From assembly GCA_035515295.1 (NCBI GenBank), contig DATJBM010000034.1, forward strand, positions 5,346 to 69,345: a stretch of 64,000 bases of DNA. The letters are read 5' to 3'. This DNA comes from Casimicrobiaceae bacterium. Its GTDB lineage: Bacteria; Pseudomonadota; Gammaproteobacteria; Burkholderiales; Casimicrobiaceae. Below, piece by piece: positions 1 through 10,711 of the stretch. Numbering within the stretch: the stretch's first letter is position 1; each line of letters begins with the position of its first letter. Below the pieces are notes generated by a model. The model did no database searches. It saw only the letters and a list, made by a program, of their open reading frames with translations, and had not been told where the DNA came from. The position numbers and the translations under genes are program-made.

Positions 1-1560
1 GAACTGATTGGGAATCGTCCCGCCCTTCACCTGATCGACGAATTCGAACCCCGCCCCGCGCGGCAGCGGCTCGATGCGCAGAAACACTTCCCCGAACTGG
101 CCGGCGCCGCCGGTCTGCTTCTTGTGGCGGTGGTGACCCTCGGCCTTCAGCGTCACCGTCTCACGATACGGAATGCGCGGCGGCCGGGTCTCGATCTCGA
201 GCTTGAACTGCGAGGCCATCCGCTCGAACACCGAGCGCAGATGCAGCTCGCCCAGGCCGCGCAGCACCGTCTCGTTCAGGTTCGGGTCGTGCTCGAGCTT
301 GAGCGTCGGATCCTCGGCGATCATCTTGTGGAGCACGTCGGAGATCCGCTGCTCGTCGCCGCGCTTCTTCGGCGCGATGGCGAAGCCGTGCATCGGGGTG
401 GGAAAGGCAAGCGGCTTGAGCGAGATCTGGTCCTCTTCGTGCGAATCGTGCAGCACACAGTCGAATTCGATCTCGTCGACCTTCGCCACCGCCGCGATGT
501 CGCCCGGCACCGCGCGATCGACTTCCACCTGCTTGCCGCCCTGCAGCATGAGCAGATGGCCGACCCGGAAGGGCTTGCGCCCGTCGCCGATGAAGAGCTG
601 GGTGTCCTTGGTGATCGTGCCCTGGTGCACGCGGAAGACGCCCAGCTTGCCGATGAACGGGTCGATCACGACCTTGAACACGTGCGCCAGCACGTGCTTC
701 TTCGGATCCGGCGCGGACCGGAACTCCACGGCGTTGTCGCCGCTGCCCTTGGCGAACAGCGGGGGATTGCCCTCGGCCGGGTTGGGGGCGAGCTTGACCA
801 GGATATCCAGAAGCTCCGCCACCCCCGCGCCGCTGCGCGCCGAGACGAAGCACACCGGCACCAGATGCCCTTCGCGCAGCGCGCGCTCGAACGGGGCATG
901 CAGCTCGTCCGGCGCGATCTCGCCCTGCTCGAGATAGCGCGCCATCAGCTCCTCGTCGACCTCCACGACCTGATCGACCAGCGCCCGATGCGCGTCGGCG
1001 ACGGAGGAAAAGTCGGCCTCGCCCTCCGGATTGAAGAAGCAATCCACCACGCGCTTCCCGCCCCCGGCCGGCAGGTTGATGGGCAGGCATTCCTTGCCGA
1101 ACGCGGCCTGAATGCTCGCGAGCACGCCTTCGACGTCGATGTTTTCGGCGTCGATCTTGTTGACGATCAGGATGCGGCACAAGCGGCGCTCGGCGGCCCA
1201 GGCCATCATCCGCGAGGTGATCATCTCGATGCCGGTCTGGGCGTTGATCACGATGGCCGCCGTTTCCACCGCATCGAGCGCGCCGATCGCCTGGCCGATG
1301 AAGTCGGGAAAGCCCGGCGTGTCGACCAGGTGCACCCGCGTCGAGTCGGTGTCCAGGTGCAGCACCGAGGAGCGCAGCGAATGCTGCCAGGTTCTTTCAA
1401 GCGGGTCGAAATCGCTGACGGTGGTGCCGCGCTCGACGCTGCCTGGCGCGGGGATCGCCTTGGCGCGCGCAAGCAGCGACTCGGCGAGCGTGGTCTTGCC
1501 GGACGCGCCATGGCCCACAAGCGCGACCGTGCGTATGTTCTCCGTGGCGTACTGCGCCAT
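1..1560 (-). CDS. EF-G-family translational GTPase paralogue (5' part; 3' end runs off the left edge)
   Basis: Missing from the ORF track because no stop lies in the window. Hand translation of the reverse strand from ATG 1560-1558 gives MAQYATENIRTVALVGHGASGKTTLAESLL...VHLVDTPGFPDF...ILIVNKIDAEN (G1 GHxxxGKT, G3 DTPG, G4 NKID). At the left edge it reads GFEFVDQVKGGTIPNQF, which is EF-G domain IV-like. No closed ORF is listed in this frame, so the frame stays open. Confidence 0.8.
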   Translation of the reverse strand, partial: MAQYATENIRTVALVGHGASGKTTLAESLLARAKAIPAPGSVERGTTVSDFDPLERTWQHSLRSSVLHLDTDSTRVHLVDTPGFPDFIGQAIGALDAVETAAIVINAQTGIEMITSRMMAWAAERRLCRILIVNKIDAENIDVEGVLASIQAAFGKECLPINLPAGGGKRVVDCFFNPEGEADFSSVADAHRALVDQVVEVDEELMARYLEQGEIAPDELHAPFERALREGHLVPVCFVSARSGAGVAELLDILVKLAPNPAEGNPPLFAKGSGDNAVEFRSAPDPKKHVLAHVFKVVIDPFIGKLGVFRVHQGTITKDTQLFIGDGRKPFRVGHLLMLQGGKQVEVDRAVPGDIAAVAKVDEIEFDCVLHDSHEEDQISLKPLAFPTPMHGFAIAPKKRGDEQRISDVLHKMIAEDPTLKLEHDPNLNETVLRGLGELHLRSVFERMASQFKLEIETRPPRIPYRETVTLKAEGHHRHKKQTGGAGQFGEVFLRIEPLPRGAGFEFVDQVKGGTIPNQF

Positions 1561-1600
1561 GCTTCACTCCTTCCATGCTCTCGGGTTCATTCGGGCCCAT

Positions 1601-1635
1601 TTTAAACAAAACGGTGCCGCCCGCGCGCAGGGCGG
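1601..1635 (-). terminator. Putative rho-independent terminator after chpA
   Basis: On the minus strand: CCGCCC-TGCGCGC-GGGCGG hairpin (1617-1635) followed by CACCGTTTTGTTTAAAA, about 60 nt downstream of the chpA stop. Confidence 0.5.
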
Positions 1636-1695
1636 TGAGGAAGGAGGTGGGTTCAACGATGCGAAGCCCGGGCGCGGGCCTCGCCGTGCTGCGCT

Positions 1696-4600
1696 CTAGG
1701 CGGCGGTCAGCGCGAGCAGCTCGCGCAGGTGCCGCAGCAGATCTTCTTCCTGGTAGGGCTTGCCGAGATAACCCTCGACGCCGAGGGCCTTCGCGCGGCT
1801 GCGGTGCTTCTCCGCGGTGCGCGAAGTGATCATGATGATCGGTATGTGGGCGAGCTTCGGATCGGCCTTCACGGTCTTGGCGAACTCGAAGCCGTCCATC
1901 CGCGGCATCTCGATGTCGAGCAGGATCGCGTCCGGCGACCGCTCGGCGATCACCTGCAGGGCATCGAGGCCGTCCTTCGCGGTCATGGCCTCGAAGCCTT
2001 CGCGCGTCAGCAGCCGGCTCGTGATCTTGCGCACGGTGAGCGAGTCGTCGACGATCAGCACCAGCGGCGGTCCCGCGGGAGCGCTCGCCGCCGCTTCCGA
2101 CTTCGCGGTGTGCAACGCCGCCGGCGACGCGGACGTCGCATCCGCCCGCTGCGCGAGCTGCACCGGGTTGATGATCAGCACCACGTCACCGGTGCCGAGC
2201 ACGGTCGCGCCGGCCATGCCGGAGACCCGCGCGAGCTGCGGGCCGATGTTCTTTACGACCACTTCCTGATTGCCGATCATCTCGTCGATGTGCACGGCGG
2301 CCGTGTTCTGTCCGCTCTTGAGCAGCAGCACCGAGTTGTAGCGCAGCGTCTCGGGATTGTGGCCTAGGTTGCCGAGCAGCCGCGGCAGGTAGAAGAACGG
2401 ATACTTGCGGCTCTGCCAGTGCACTTCGCGCGTGAGATACAGGTTGATCAGATCCTTGTCCTTGATCTGCTGGACCTGCTCGACCATCGTCGAGGGCAAC
2501 GCCCAGACCCGTCCCCCGGCCCGAACAAGCACCGTCTGCGCAACGGCCAGCGTGAGCGGAAGGTAGAGCGTGAAGGTCGTGCCTTTATGGCGCACCGTTG
2601 ACACCTCGACCCGTCCGCCGAGGGCCGCGATCTCGGAGCGCACGACGTCCATGCCGACACCGCGGCCGGAGATCTGGGTGACGTTGGCCGCGGTGGAGAA
2701 GCCGGAGGCGAAGATGCACTCGACGAGCCGCGCTTCGGTCGGCTCCGCGTCGTCCGTCAGCAGCCCCAGCGCGCGCGCCCGCGCGCCGATGCGTTCGAAG
2801 TCGAGGCCCGTGCCGTCGTCGGCGATCTCGATGGCGATTTCATTGCCTTGCTGGCGCACCGTGAGTAGGATTTCGCCCGTCTCCGGCTTGCCGAGCTTGA
2901 GCCGTTCGTCGCGCAACTCGATGCCGTGATCGAGCGCGTTCCGAAGCAGGTGCTCGAGCGGTCCAACGAGTTTCTCGAGCACCGATCGGTCGAGCTCGAC
3001 CTGGGTGCCGTGAAGCTCGAGGTTGGCGCGCTTGTCGAGCTCTTTGGCCGTCTGACGCATGATCCGGTAGAGCCGCTCCGATAGGCTGCCGAAGGGAACG
3101 GTGCGGATGGAAAAGAGCTGCTGCTGGACGTCGCGCGACAGCCGTGCCTGCGCGAGCAGCGCGGCATCGGCATCGTCGATGTTGCGCAGCAGTGCCTGCT
3201 GCACCGTCGAGACGTCGTTGACGCCTTCGGCCAGCATGCGCGTGAGCTCCTGGAAGCGCGTGAAGCGGTCGAATTCCAGGGGATCGAAGTCCGCGGCTCC
3301 CGGTCGGGCTTGCGTCGTCCGGGACTGGATCTGCGACTCGGCCTGGATCTCGATCTCCCGCACCTGCGACCGCAGCCGTATCACGCTGTTGGTAAGCTCC
3401 AGGAGGTTGCCCTTGAGCGAGCGCAGTTCGCCTTCGACCCGCGCCCGGGCGATCGCCACCTCGCCGGCTTCGTTCACCAGCCGATCGATCAAGTCCGCGC
3501 GCACGCGAAGCATGGCCACCCGGGAGGCCTCGGCTTCGGAGGCGGCGGCCGGCAATTCCACCACCGGCGCGGGCGCGCTCGACGGAGCGACCGGAGCCGC
3601 GACAGGCGGAGCGGGGCTCGGCGCGGGAGCCGGCGCCGCGGGTTCGCCGGCCGGTGCCGCCTCCTGCAGCAGCCAGGGCAGCGGCGCGTTGAATTCGCCC
3701 TTGTGAAGACGGTCGAGCACGAACGCCACGCGGTCGAGGTCGGTGTCGAGCGCCTCGAAGAGTTCCGCCGACGGCTCGGCCAGCGTGTCGCCGGCGAGAA
3801 GGCGGCTTTCCATCCGGTGCGTAAGCTCCCCGAGGCGCATGGCGCCGGCCATGCGGGCGCTGCCCTTGAACGTGTGGAGCGTGCGGCGCAGAGCCTGGGC
3901 GACGTCCTGCTGTCCGGGATTCTGGCGCCACGCCCGGAGCTGCTCGCCGGCCCGGGGAAAGAGCTCTGCCGCCTCTTCCAGGAAGATGGGAAGCACCTGC
4001 TCGTCGACCTCGTCCCGCACGGATGCGAGCGCCTCGTCGGCGACGGGACCCGCGCGTGGCGCAGCGCCCTTGCCTGCCGCCGCAGGCCTAGGGGCCGGAG
4101 AGGCCAGCGCTGGCTCCGCGGGCAACGAGAACGCAGCCTCTGAGGCACGCGGCGCCGGTGTCGCAAGCGGCGCGGCGACGGCCGCCCGCGAAATCGATGG
4201 CGTCAGCACGACCACTGGGGCGAGGGGCGGCGGCTCGGGCTCGGAGACGGACTCGGCAGGCTTGTGCGCTACGCTCGCTTCTTCCTCCGCCGCTGCGGCG
4301 CGGGCCGCGGAACTCTCGCCGTCCTGGAGTGTGGCTGCCGGCGCCGTCTCGTGCCGCAGAGCTTCGAGCTCGGCGGCGATTTCCGCCGCCTCGGCTTCGT
4401 TGCCGGCGTCGAACGCGGCGCGTGATCGCACCCGCGCGGCGAGCGCGTGCAGGCCCGCGATCGCGCGGGCGAGGACGGGCTGCGCGGTCGAAGGCAGAGG
4501 CGGACCACGCTCTTCCAGACCGACGAGGCACTGCTCGAGCGCCTTCGCGGTGCTCGCGATGAGCGGAAAGCCTCCCGTCCGGTGGATCCCGCAGAGCGTG

Positions 4601-7416
4601 TGGCTGGCCCGGATCATCGCCTGCGACGGCGACACCGCAGGATCGAATTGCAGCGCTTCGAGCTCCGCGTCGAGCGTGGCCAGATGCTGCTGCGCCTCGT
4701 CGCAGAGAATCCGGTAGAGCGCGCCCGACAGCGTGACCGCGCCGACGGTCACCTCATCGGCGTCGGCGCTTTCGATCGGCGCTTCCACGGCCACCGGCTG
4801 CGCCTCGCGCGATTCGGGGATGAACTGGATCACCTCCACGCTGTGCCCGGCCTCGCCGGAGGCATCGACCCGAGCCGGCTCGAACGCCGGCGTCTCGTCG
4901 AGCTCCAGCACTTCGATGTCCGGCCGTTCCGAACGCGCGGCGGCTGCGGGAGCGATCGGTACGACGGCCGCCGGTGCAGGCGGGGCGAGCGCGTCGTCGG
5001 CGTCCACCGGCAGCTCGGCTTCGACCGCGGCGATCGCGGCGCGCAACGCCAGCGGATCCGCGGCGACGCGCCCTTTGCGGCGCAGCGTGTCGACCCACAC
5101 GCGGAAGCTCTTCTGCGCGGTATCGATCATCGTCAGCACGGCGGCGGTCGCGGGCCGCTCTTCTTCGAGCAGCCGGTTGTGGATGTTCTCCACTTGCCAG
5201 GCGATCTCGCCGAGATCGGTCAGGCCGACCATCCGGCCGCTGCCCTTGAGGGTATGGAATCCGCGTCTTACCGTCGTGAGCGCCTCGCGATCGTCGGGCT
5301 GTGCCTCCAGTCGCGCGGCGTTCGAGGCGACGTTGTCGAGAACCTCGTCGGCTTCAGTGAGGTAGATCTCGAGCAGCTCCGCGTCGAGCTCGGACGCCGC
5401 GGTCTCGAGGAGCCGCTGCGTCTCGTCCGACGGTCCCGGGGCCGGCTCGGCCGAGCGCCCGCCGGCGATCGCCGCGATCGCATCCTGTAGCGCCGCGTTG
5501 TCACCGGTACCGTCGCGTGCGAGCAGGTCGAGCGCGGCGTCGGCGTCCGACTGCAGGGTGGCGTCGCCGATCAGCTCGGCGTCGTTCTTGAGCGCGGTCA
5601 GGTCCGCCGCCAGGCGCTCGCGCACGCTCGCCTCACCGGAGGAGCGCTGCAGAGCGGCAACAGTGTCGGGCAGCGACGCCTTGAGCTCCTCCACCGCCTC
5701 CTCGATCGTCTCCGGCTCTTCGACCGGCGCCTGCGCCGGCGTGCCGAGACGCTTGGCGAGCAGCGGCTCGATCAGCCGCTCACGGTCCGGGCGCTGCTGC
5801 TCGACCGCCTCGGTGTAGAAGCCGAGACCGGAGAGCGATTCGGCGAGGAGCTCCAGGCCCTCGTTGGTGACCGTCGTGTCGGGTTTGGCGTAATCCTCGA
5901 TCTGCTGCTGGCACAGCGCGAGCAGCTCGCCGGCGCGGTCGAGCCCGAGCATCTTGAGCGCACCCATGATCTGGCTGGCGTCCTGCGCCAGCGACGCGAG
6001 CTCGCCGCGCTTCTCGTGGTCGCGGAAGAATGCGTCGAGCACCTGCTCCATGTGCCGCAGATTGGTCTGGATCTCGCGCCCCACTTGCGCGAGGAGCAAC
6101 CGCTCCTGCGCCCGCCGCGCCATCTCGTCCAACAGCGGCGCCCCGTCCGCGGTGACGGCGCGGTTCTGCTGCGCGGCGTCGAGCCGCGCGATCATCGCCT
6201 CGACCTGCTTGGGAAACTCCGGCGACAGCGAGGCGAAGTTCTCCACCGCCGACTCGGCGAGCAGGAGCCCTGTCGCGTATTCCATCGCCATCGGCTCGGG
6301 GATGGGTGAGGGCAGCTTGTCGAGCCGTCCGGACAGCGTGCTGGCGAGCTTCGAAAGCGAAGGCTCGCCGACGGCGGCGGCTTTGTCGCGCAGCGCCGAG
6401 AGCGTCGACTTGAGCTTCGGCAGGCTGTCCGCGCGGCCGCCGGTGATCTTGAGCCACAGGTCCTTGGCGGTCGAAAGCAGGTCGCGCGCTTCGCGCAGAT
6501 GCGGCTGCACGCGCACCACGTCCGCCGAGAGCGCCTCCGCGCTCGGAATCAGCGCCGGCAGCCGATAGGCGCGCTGCACGGCCTGCACCTGCGGCCCGAC
6601 CGGCGCGCTGATGGCGACGTAGTAGAGCACCTCGCGCCGCATGCGATCGGCAACCTTGCTCGACCCCTCGATGACGCGCCGGATCTGCAGGTCGATCCGG
6701 CCGCAGAGCTGGCGTACGCCGAAGCCGGTATCGACGCCTTTCTCGACGATGCTCTCGAGCAACGCTCCGACCGTCCACCAGAACGAGCGCGGCGCGGAGT
6801 GGGTCTGCACGTCCTCGATGCCCTGGACCGCCTCGCGCATCGTGCGCGCGGCCTCTTCGTCGCCACGCAGCCACGCGAGCAGCCCGCGCTGGAACAGCCG
6901 GCGCTGCTTAACGAGGAAGGACTGCAGTCGCTGCGGCGTGACCTTGGCCGTCGCGATCTTCGGCGCGCGCGCGGACAGGTCGGGATAGAACAGGTCCGTA
7001 GGCGATACCGCCTTCATGCCTCGGGCCTGCTGCATCAGCTCGTACTCGGGAAACAGCTTGAGCGGCACAGGGTTGGCGCCGCCGGCCAGCTCGTCCAGGA
7101 AGATCTTGAGCTTGCGGCAGGCCCGATCGACGCGATCACAGGCCGCGACCGCGTCGGCGGAAGGCAGCTCCTCCATGCGCGCGAGCTGCCGCTCGATCTC
7201 GTCGGTGTAGGCGGCGACCGCATCCAGGCCGACCATCTGGATCGCCCCCGCCGCCTGATGCACGTGGGTGCGCGCGACCTTGAGCTGCGTGGCCTCGTGC
7301 GGCGACGCCTTGAACGCTTCGAGCGCGTCGAGACCGCGGCCCAGCGCCTGATCGATCTCGCCCTGTACCCAGGAGAGCGGACCGAGGTCGAAATCCGAAG
7401 CGTCGTCTATGGCCAT
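1696..7416 (-). CDS. chpA: ChpA/PilL-type hybrid CheA histidine kinase (multiple Hpt domains, HATPase, CheW-like domain, C-terminal receiver)
   Basis: 1906-aa ORF. Several Hpt-like motifs (HQAAGAIQMVG, FHTLKGSGRMVG, SHTLCGIHRTGG, LHTFKGSARMAGA). CheA core (LRNALDHGIE, DDGTGLD, GRGVGMDVV), a CheW-like segment, and a receiver (LVLIVDDSLTVRK...DIEMPRMDG...GKP). Lies downstream of pilGHIJ. Confidence 0.93.
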   Translation of the reverse strand: MAIDDASDFDLGPLSWVQGEIDQALGRGLDALEAFKASPHEATQLKVARTHVHQAAGAIQMVGLDAVAAYTDEIERQLARMEELPSADAVAACDRVDRACRKLKIFLDELAGGANPVPLKLFPEYELMQQARGMKAVSPTDLFYPDLSARAPKIATAKVTPQRLQSFLVKQRRLFQRGLLAWLRGDEEAARTMREAVQGIEDVQTHSAPRSFWWTVGALLESIVEKGVDTGFGVRQLCGRIDLQIRRVIEGSSKVADRMRREVLYYVAISAPVGPQVQAVQRAYRLPALIPSAEALSADVVRVQPHLREARDLLSTAKDLWLKITGGRADSLPKLKSTLSALRDKAAAVGEPSLSKLASTLSGRLDKLPSPIPEPMAMEYATGLLLAESAVENFASLSPEFPKQVEAMIARLDAAQQNRAVTADGAPLLDEMARRAQERLLLAQVGREIQTNLRHMEQVLDAFFRDHEKRGELASLAQDASQIMGALKMLGLDRAGELLALCQQQIEDYAKPDTTVTNEGLELLAESLSGLGFYTEAVEQQRPDRERLIEPLLAKRLGTPAQAPVEEPETIEEAVEELKASLPDTVAALQRSSGEASVRERLAADLTALKNDAELIGDATLQSDADAALDLLARDGTGDNAALQDAIAAIAGGRSAEPAPGPSDETQRLLETAASELDAELLEIYLTEADEVLDNVASNAARLEAQPDDREALTTVRRGFHTLKGSGRMVGLTDLGEIAWQVENIHNRLLEEERPATAAVLTMIDTAQKSFRVWVDTLRRKGRVAADPLALRAAIAAVEAELPVDADDALAPPAPAAVVPIAPAAAARSERPDIEVLELDETPAFEPARVDASGEAGHSVEVIQFIPESREAQPVAVEAPIESADADEVTVGAVTLSGALYRILCDEAQQHLATLDAELEALQFDPAVSPSQAMIRASHTLCGIHRTGGFPLIASTAKALEQCLVGLEERGPPLPSTAQPVLARAIAGLHALAARVRSRAAFDAGNEAEAAEIAAELEALRHETAPAATLQDGESSAARAAAAEEEASVAHKPAESVSEPEPPPLAPVVVLTPSISRAAVAAPLATPAPRASEAAFSLPAEPALASPAPRPAAAGKGAAPRAGPVADEALASVRDEVDEQVLPIFLEEAAELFPRAGEQLRAWRQNPGQQDVAQALRRTLHTFKGSARMAGAMRLGELTHRMESRLLAGDTLAEPSAELFEALDTDLDRVAFVLDRLHKGEFNAPLPWLLQEAAPAGEPAAPAPAPSPAPPVAAPVAPSSAPAPVVELPAAASEAEASRVAMLRVRADLIDRLVNEAGEVAIARARVEGELRSLKGNLLELTNSVIRLRSQVREIEIQAESQIQSRTTQARPGAADFDPLEFDRFTRFQELTRMLAEGVNDVSTVQQALLRNIDDADAALLAQARLSRDVQQQLFSIRTVPFGSLSERLYRIMRQTAKELDKRANLELHGTQVELDRSVLEKLVGPLEHLLRNALDHGIELRDERLKLGKPETGEILLTVRQQGNEIAIEIADDGTGLDFERIGARARALGLLTDDAEPTEARLVECIFASGFSTAANVTQISGRGVGMDVVRSEIAALGGRVEVSTVRHKGTTFTLYLPLTLAVAQTVLVRAGGRVWALPSTMVEQVQQIKDKDLINLYLTREVHWQSRKYPFFYLPRLLGNLGHNPETLRYNSVLLLKSGQNTAAVHIDEMIGNQEVVVKNIGPQLARVSGMAGATVLGTGDVVLIINPVQLAQRADATSASPAALHTAKSEAAASAPAGPPLVLIVDDSLTVRKITSRLLTREGFEAMTAKDGLDALQVIAERSPDAILLDIEMPRMDGFEFAKTVKADPKLAHIPIIMITSRTAEKHRSRAKALGVEGYLGKPYQEEDLLRHLRELLALTAA

Positions 7417-7475
7417 GCAGTGTCGCGCCGGGCGATGGTACCGGACTTAAGCAAGAAGCACGCCGGGCACCGCCG

Positions 7476-9695
7476 CTAGACCTTGAAGCCCGCGACCGAG
7501 CTGCGCAGCTCCGCGGCGAGCTTGGTGAGCTGTCCGATCGAGACGTTGGTCTGCTTGGTGCCCTCCGTGGTCTCCTCGGTTATCTTGAGGATGCCCTGCA
7601 TGCCCCGGGTCACGTCCGACACCGACGCCGATTGCTTCTGCGTCTGCGCCGAGATGCCGCCGATCAGCTCCGCGAGCTCGCGCGACACGCGGCGGATTTC
7701 GTCGAGCGCCTGCCCCGCCGCGTCAGAGAGCTTCGTCCCCTCGACCACGCCCACCGTGCTCTTCTCCATCGCTGCGACGGCGTCCTGGGTATCGGCCTGA
7801 ATCGTCTTCACGATCGCGTCGATCTGCTTGGTCGCTTCGCCGGAGCGCTCCGCGAGGCGCTGGACTTCCTCCGCGACCACGGTGAATCCGCGCCCCGCCT
7901 CCCCGGCCGACGCCGCCTGGATCGCGGCGTTCAGCGCCAGCACGTTGGTCTGCTCGGTAATGTCGGAGATCAGCTCCACGATCTCCCCGATCTCCAGCGA
8001 CGATTCGCCGAGGCGCTTGATGCGCTTGGCGGTGTCCTGGATCTGGGTCCGGATCTCGTTCATGCCGGCGATCTGGTTCTGCACCGCCTGGCCGCCCTTT
8101 TCCGCGGCGGCGAGCGATTGCTGCGCCACCCGCGCCGACTGCGCCGCGCTCTGCGAGACTTCGTTGATCGACTGCGCCATCTGCAGCACGGAAGCCGACG
8201 CCTGCTGGATCTCGCGGTTCTGGCGCTGCGCGGCCTCGTAGAGCCGGTTGGAGATCGCCTGCGCGTCGTTGGTCGCCTTCGCCACCTGGTCGGTGGCGCT
8301 GTTGATGCCCTTGACCAGCGTGCGCAGCTCCTCGATCGTGAAGTTGATCGAATCGGCAATCGCCCCGGTCACGTCCTCGGTCACCGAAGCCTGCACGGTG
8401 AGGTCGCCGTCCGCGAGATTGCCCATCTCGTTGAGCAATCGCAGAATGGCTTCCTGGTTGCGCTTGTTCTCCTGCTCGCTGTCGTAGGCGCTCACCCGCT
8501 GCTCGTCGTAGAGCAGCTTCGCCAGCACCGCGGCGAAGCCGATCGCGAACACGGCGAACAAGATGGCGGCGCCCAGCGCACCGAGCCTCGCGGCGCTCTG
8601 GCCTTCGTAGCTCGCCGCGAGCGCGGTGGTCTGCGTGAGCACGGGTTCGGAGTCCTGGTTGATGCCCTGCGCCGCTTCCTTGGCCACCACCAGGCGCTGC
8701 ATGTTCTTGAGGATGGCGTTGACGCCCGCCTCGTAGCCCGTGAAGCGCTTCTGCAGCTCGGCCAGGGTGGCGCGGGCCTCGTCGTTGCGAACCGGCGCGA
8801 GCTTGAGCGCGTCGCTGCCCTTCAGCAGTCCGTTCAGGACGTCGCGAAACGTGCCCGTGTCCTTGCCGAGCAGGAACGCCACCTCGGCGTCGATGTCGTC
8901 GGAGGACACCAGCGCATTGGCGTTCTTGGCGATCTTCTGCGACAGGGTGGCGAGCTGGTTGATCGAGTCGATCTCGCGCACGCCGGCGCCGCCGGAGGCC
9001 GCCTGGGCGGAAGCCTGCTGGGCGAGCTCGAGCAACGCGGTGTTGGCTTGGTTGATGCTGTCCAAGCCCTTGGAAAGCGACACCAGGCTCTCTCGATTGT
9101 CGACGATCTCGGTCGCGTGCTTCTCCATGGTCTGCCAGCGCGCGCCGACCTGCGCGAGCTGGCTTTGCAGCGCCTCGGATCCCGGAGCTTCGACCGAGGC
9201 GCCCCGGATCGTCCCGCCTTGGGTGAGGGCGTCGAGGTCGGCGCGGAAGCGGTCGCGCGAATCCTTCACCGCTTCGAACGCCGCCGCGTTGCCCTGCACG
9301 GCCAGCGACGTGCCGCGGGCGAGTCGCTGCGAGAGCATCTGCATTTCGGTGGCCGTGGCGGCACTGGCAGCGCTCCTGGCAGTGAGCGTGATGTAGAGGA
9401 ACAGCATCAGCAGCCCGAGCACGACGAACACGCCGATGAGCGTGCCGAGAATCTGGTACTGCTTCGCCGCCGGCAGATGGCCGATGAACGGCAATCGTCC
9501 CGGCTGGCGCTTCTCGGCGGCAGCCGTGCGCAGCTGCTCCATGATCGAGACGGTCGCGAGCGGATCGTAGCCGGGCGCCGGGGGCGTCATCTTGACCTGC
9601 GTGGTGGTCGGCATCTCGAGCTCCGACTCGTCGACCGCGCGTCCGCGCGCCGGTCGCGTACCGAGCATGCCCTTCAGATTCAGACTAAGCGCCAT
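7476..9695 (-). CDS. pilJ: Methyl-accepting chemotaxis protein PilJ
   Basis: MCP signalling domain ([38 protein letters not shown]), two TM segments and a large periplasmic domain. Start trimmed to ATG 9695 (MALSLNLKG...), which is preceded by GGGAGAG; the 62 upstream codons of the track ORF are Arg/Gly-rich filler. Confidence 0.9.
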   Translation of the reverse strand: MALSLNLKGMLGTRPARGRAVDESELEMPTTTQVKMTPPAPGYDPLATVSIMEQLRTAAAEKRQPGRLPFIGHLPAAKQYQILGTLIGVFVVLGLLMLFLYITLTARSAASAATATEMQMLSQRLARGTSLAVQGNAAAFEAVKDSRDRFRADLDALTQGGTIRGASVEAPGSEALQSQLAQVGARWQTMEKHATEIVDNRESLVSLSKGLDSINQANTALLELAQQASAQAASGGAGVREIDSINQLATLSQKIAKNANALVSSDDIDAEVAFLLGKDTGTFRDVLNGLLKGSDALKLAPVRNDEARATLAELQKRFTGYEAGVNAILKNMQRLVVAKEAAQGINQDSEPVLTQTTALAASYEGQSAARLGALGAAILFAVFAIGFAAVLAKLLYDEQRVSAYDSEQENKRNQEAILRLLNEMGNLADGDLTVQASVTEDVTGAIADSINFTIEELRTLVKGINSATDQVAKATNDAQAISNRLYEAAQRQNREIQQASASVLQMAQSINEVSQSAAQSARVAQQSLAAAEKGGQAVQNQIAGMNEIRTQIQDTAKRIKRLGESSLEIGEIVELISDITEQTNVLALNAAIQAASAGEAGRGFTVVAEEVQRLAERSGEATKQIDAIVKTIQADTQDAVAAMEKSTVGVVEGTKLSDAAGQALDEIRRVSRELAELIGGISAQTQKQSASVSDVTRGMQGILKITEETTEGTKQTNVSIGQLTKLAAELRSSVAGFKV

Positions 9696-9744
9696 GATCT
9701 CTCCCGTCCGAGCGACGCCGATGCGCGTTCGCTCTCCCGTGCCA

Positions 9745-10275
9745 CTAGAGCCCGACTTGCAGGAAAGCGGGGTCCTGCGCGAGCCGCGCAAGGTCGATTT
9801 CCTGCCAGACTGCACCGCCGCTTTCCGTCCAGCGCGGCCCGTACCACGCCGGCCCGCCCGCGGGCGGCTCGCCCTGCGCAAGCTCCGCGAGATTGCGCAA
9901 TCCGAGCACGCGCCGCACGACCAGTCCCGCCCGGAGCTCGCCCACGCGCGGCCCGAACAGCACCAGCCGCGTCTGGCTGGGTCCCGTGGTGACGGGCTCC
10001 AGCGGATGGCCGAGGAAGCCGGCGAAGTCGATGACGCCGTAGAGATTGCCGCGGATGTTGGCGATGCCGATGTACCAGGGCTTGGTGAGCGGCACGCTGG
10101 CCGTCTGCGGCAGGGCGATCACTTCGCCCGCATCGGCGAGCCTGATGAGCCACTGCTCGCCCGCGCATGCGAACCCCAGCCGCGACTGCTCGACCTGCGC
10201 CGCCGTCTTGGCGGCGAGCCGGGTGGCCAGCTCCTGCTGGAAGGCGCGCAAATCGAGCTTGGCGGCACGGGCCAT
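9745..10275 (-). CDS. pilI: CheW-like coupling protein PilI
   Basis: 176 aa with a CheW fold signature ([37 protein letters not shown]). Located between pilH and pilJ. Confidence 0.85.
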   Translation of the reverse strand: MARAAKLDLRAFQQELATRLAAKTAAQVEQSRLGFACAGEQWLIRLADAGEVIALPQTASVPLTKPWYIGIANIRGNLYGVIDFAGFLGHPLEPVTTGPSQTRLVLFGPRVGELRAGLVVRRVLGLRNLAELAQGEPPAGGPAWYGPRWTESGGAVWQEIDLARLAQDPAFLQVGL

Positions 10276-10285
10276 GGTTACCGGG

Positions 10286-10651
10286 TCAGCCGAAGGCGGT
10301 GATCTTGGCGAGCAACTCGTCGCGCTTGACGGGCTTCACGATGTAATCGCGGGCGCCCTGACGCAGGCCCCAGATCTTGTCGGTCTCCTGACTTTTGGAA
10401 GTGCAGAGGATGATGGGCACCGTACGGGTGCTCGGATCCCGGCTGATCGCGCGCGTCGCCTGGAATCCGTTCAGCCCGGGCATGACGACGTCCATGAGAA
10501 TGAGATCCGGCTTGACCGTCTTGGCCTTGAGGATCGCGTCCTCGCCGTTGTCGCTGGCGACGACTTCGTATCCGGCCTTGGTAAGCATGTCGTTCAATAC
10601 GTGCCGCTCGGTCGGCGAATCGTCGACGATGAGAATGCGCTTGATTGCCAT
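10286..10651 (-). CDS. pilH: Single-domain response regulator PilH
   Basis: 121 aa, CheY-like (ILIVDDSPTER...DLILMDVVMPGLNG...CTSK...IVKP). Confidence 0.88.
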   Translation of the reverse strand: MAIKRILIVDDSPTERHVLNDMLTKAGYEVVASDNGEDAILKAKTVKPDLILMDVVMPGLNGFQATRAISRDPSTRTVPIILCTSKSQETDKIWGLRQGARDYIVKPVKRDELLAKITAFG

Positions 10652-10711
10652 GGTATCCCGCCCCTTAGTCCCGCCTTTGTTCTTGCGCTTCGAGCAACGG
10701 GCCCGGCGGAC

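Noticed and set aside
124-1605. 493-aa plus-strand ORF covering the left end (and the 339-aa minus-strand ORF 161-1180)
   Set aside because: The translations are Arg/Ala/Gly/Leu-rich with no motifs. The third minus-strand frame gives a clean EF-G-like protein with G1, G3 and G4 motifs, so these are shadow ORFs of a high-GC gene.
3530-4340. Apparent tandem DNA repeats (GCC/GCG/CCG-rich) inside chpA
   Set aside because: They encode Ala/Pro/Ser-rich inter-domain linkers (e.g. PAPAPSPAPPVAAPVAPSSAPAPV). This is low-complexity coding sequence, not a structured repeat array.
7632-9992. 786-aa plus-strand ORF antisense to pilJ. Similar long antisense or out-of-frame ORFs: 2840-3931, 5780-6874, 14379-16517, 14669-16684, 21413-23635, 21622-23598, 38281-40656, 38385-40454, 41353-42984, 41567-42880, 42477-44066, 44144-45982, 48833-50266, 55537-57225, 59199-60704, 60991-62013.
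   Set aside because: All have low-complexity R/A/G/P/H/D-rich translations, lack recognisable domains, and fully overlap genes with strong motif support on another frame or strand.
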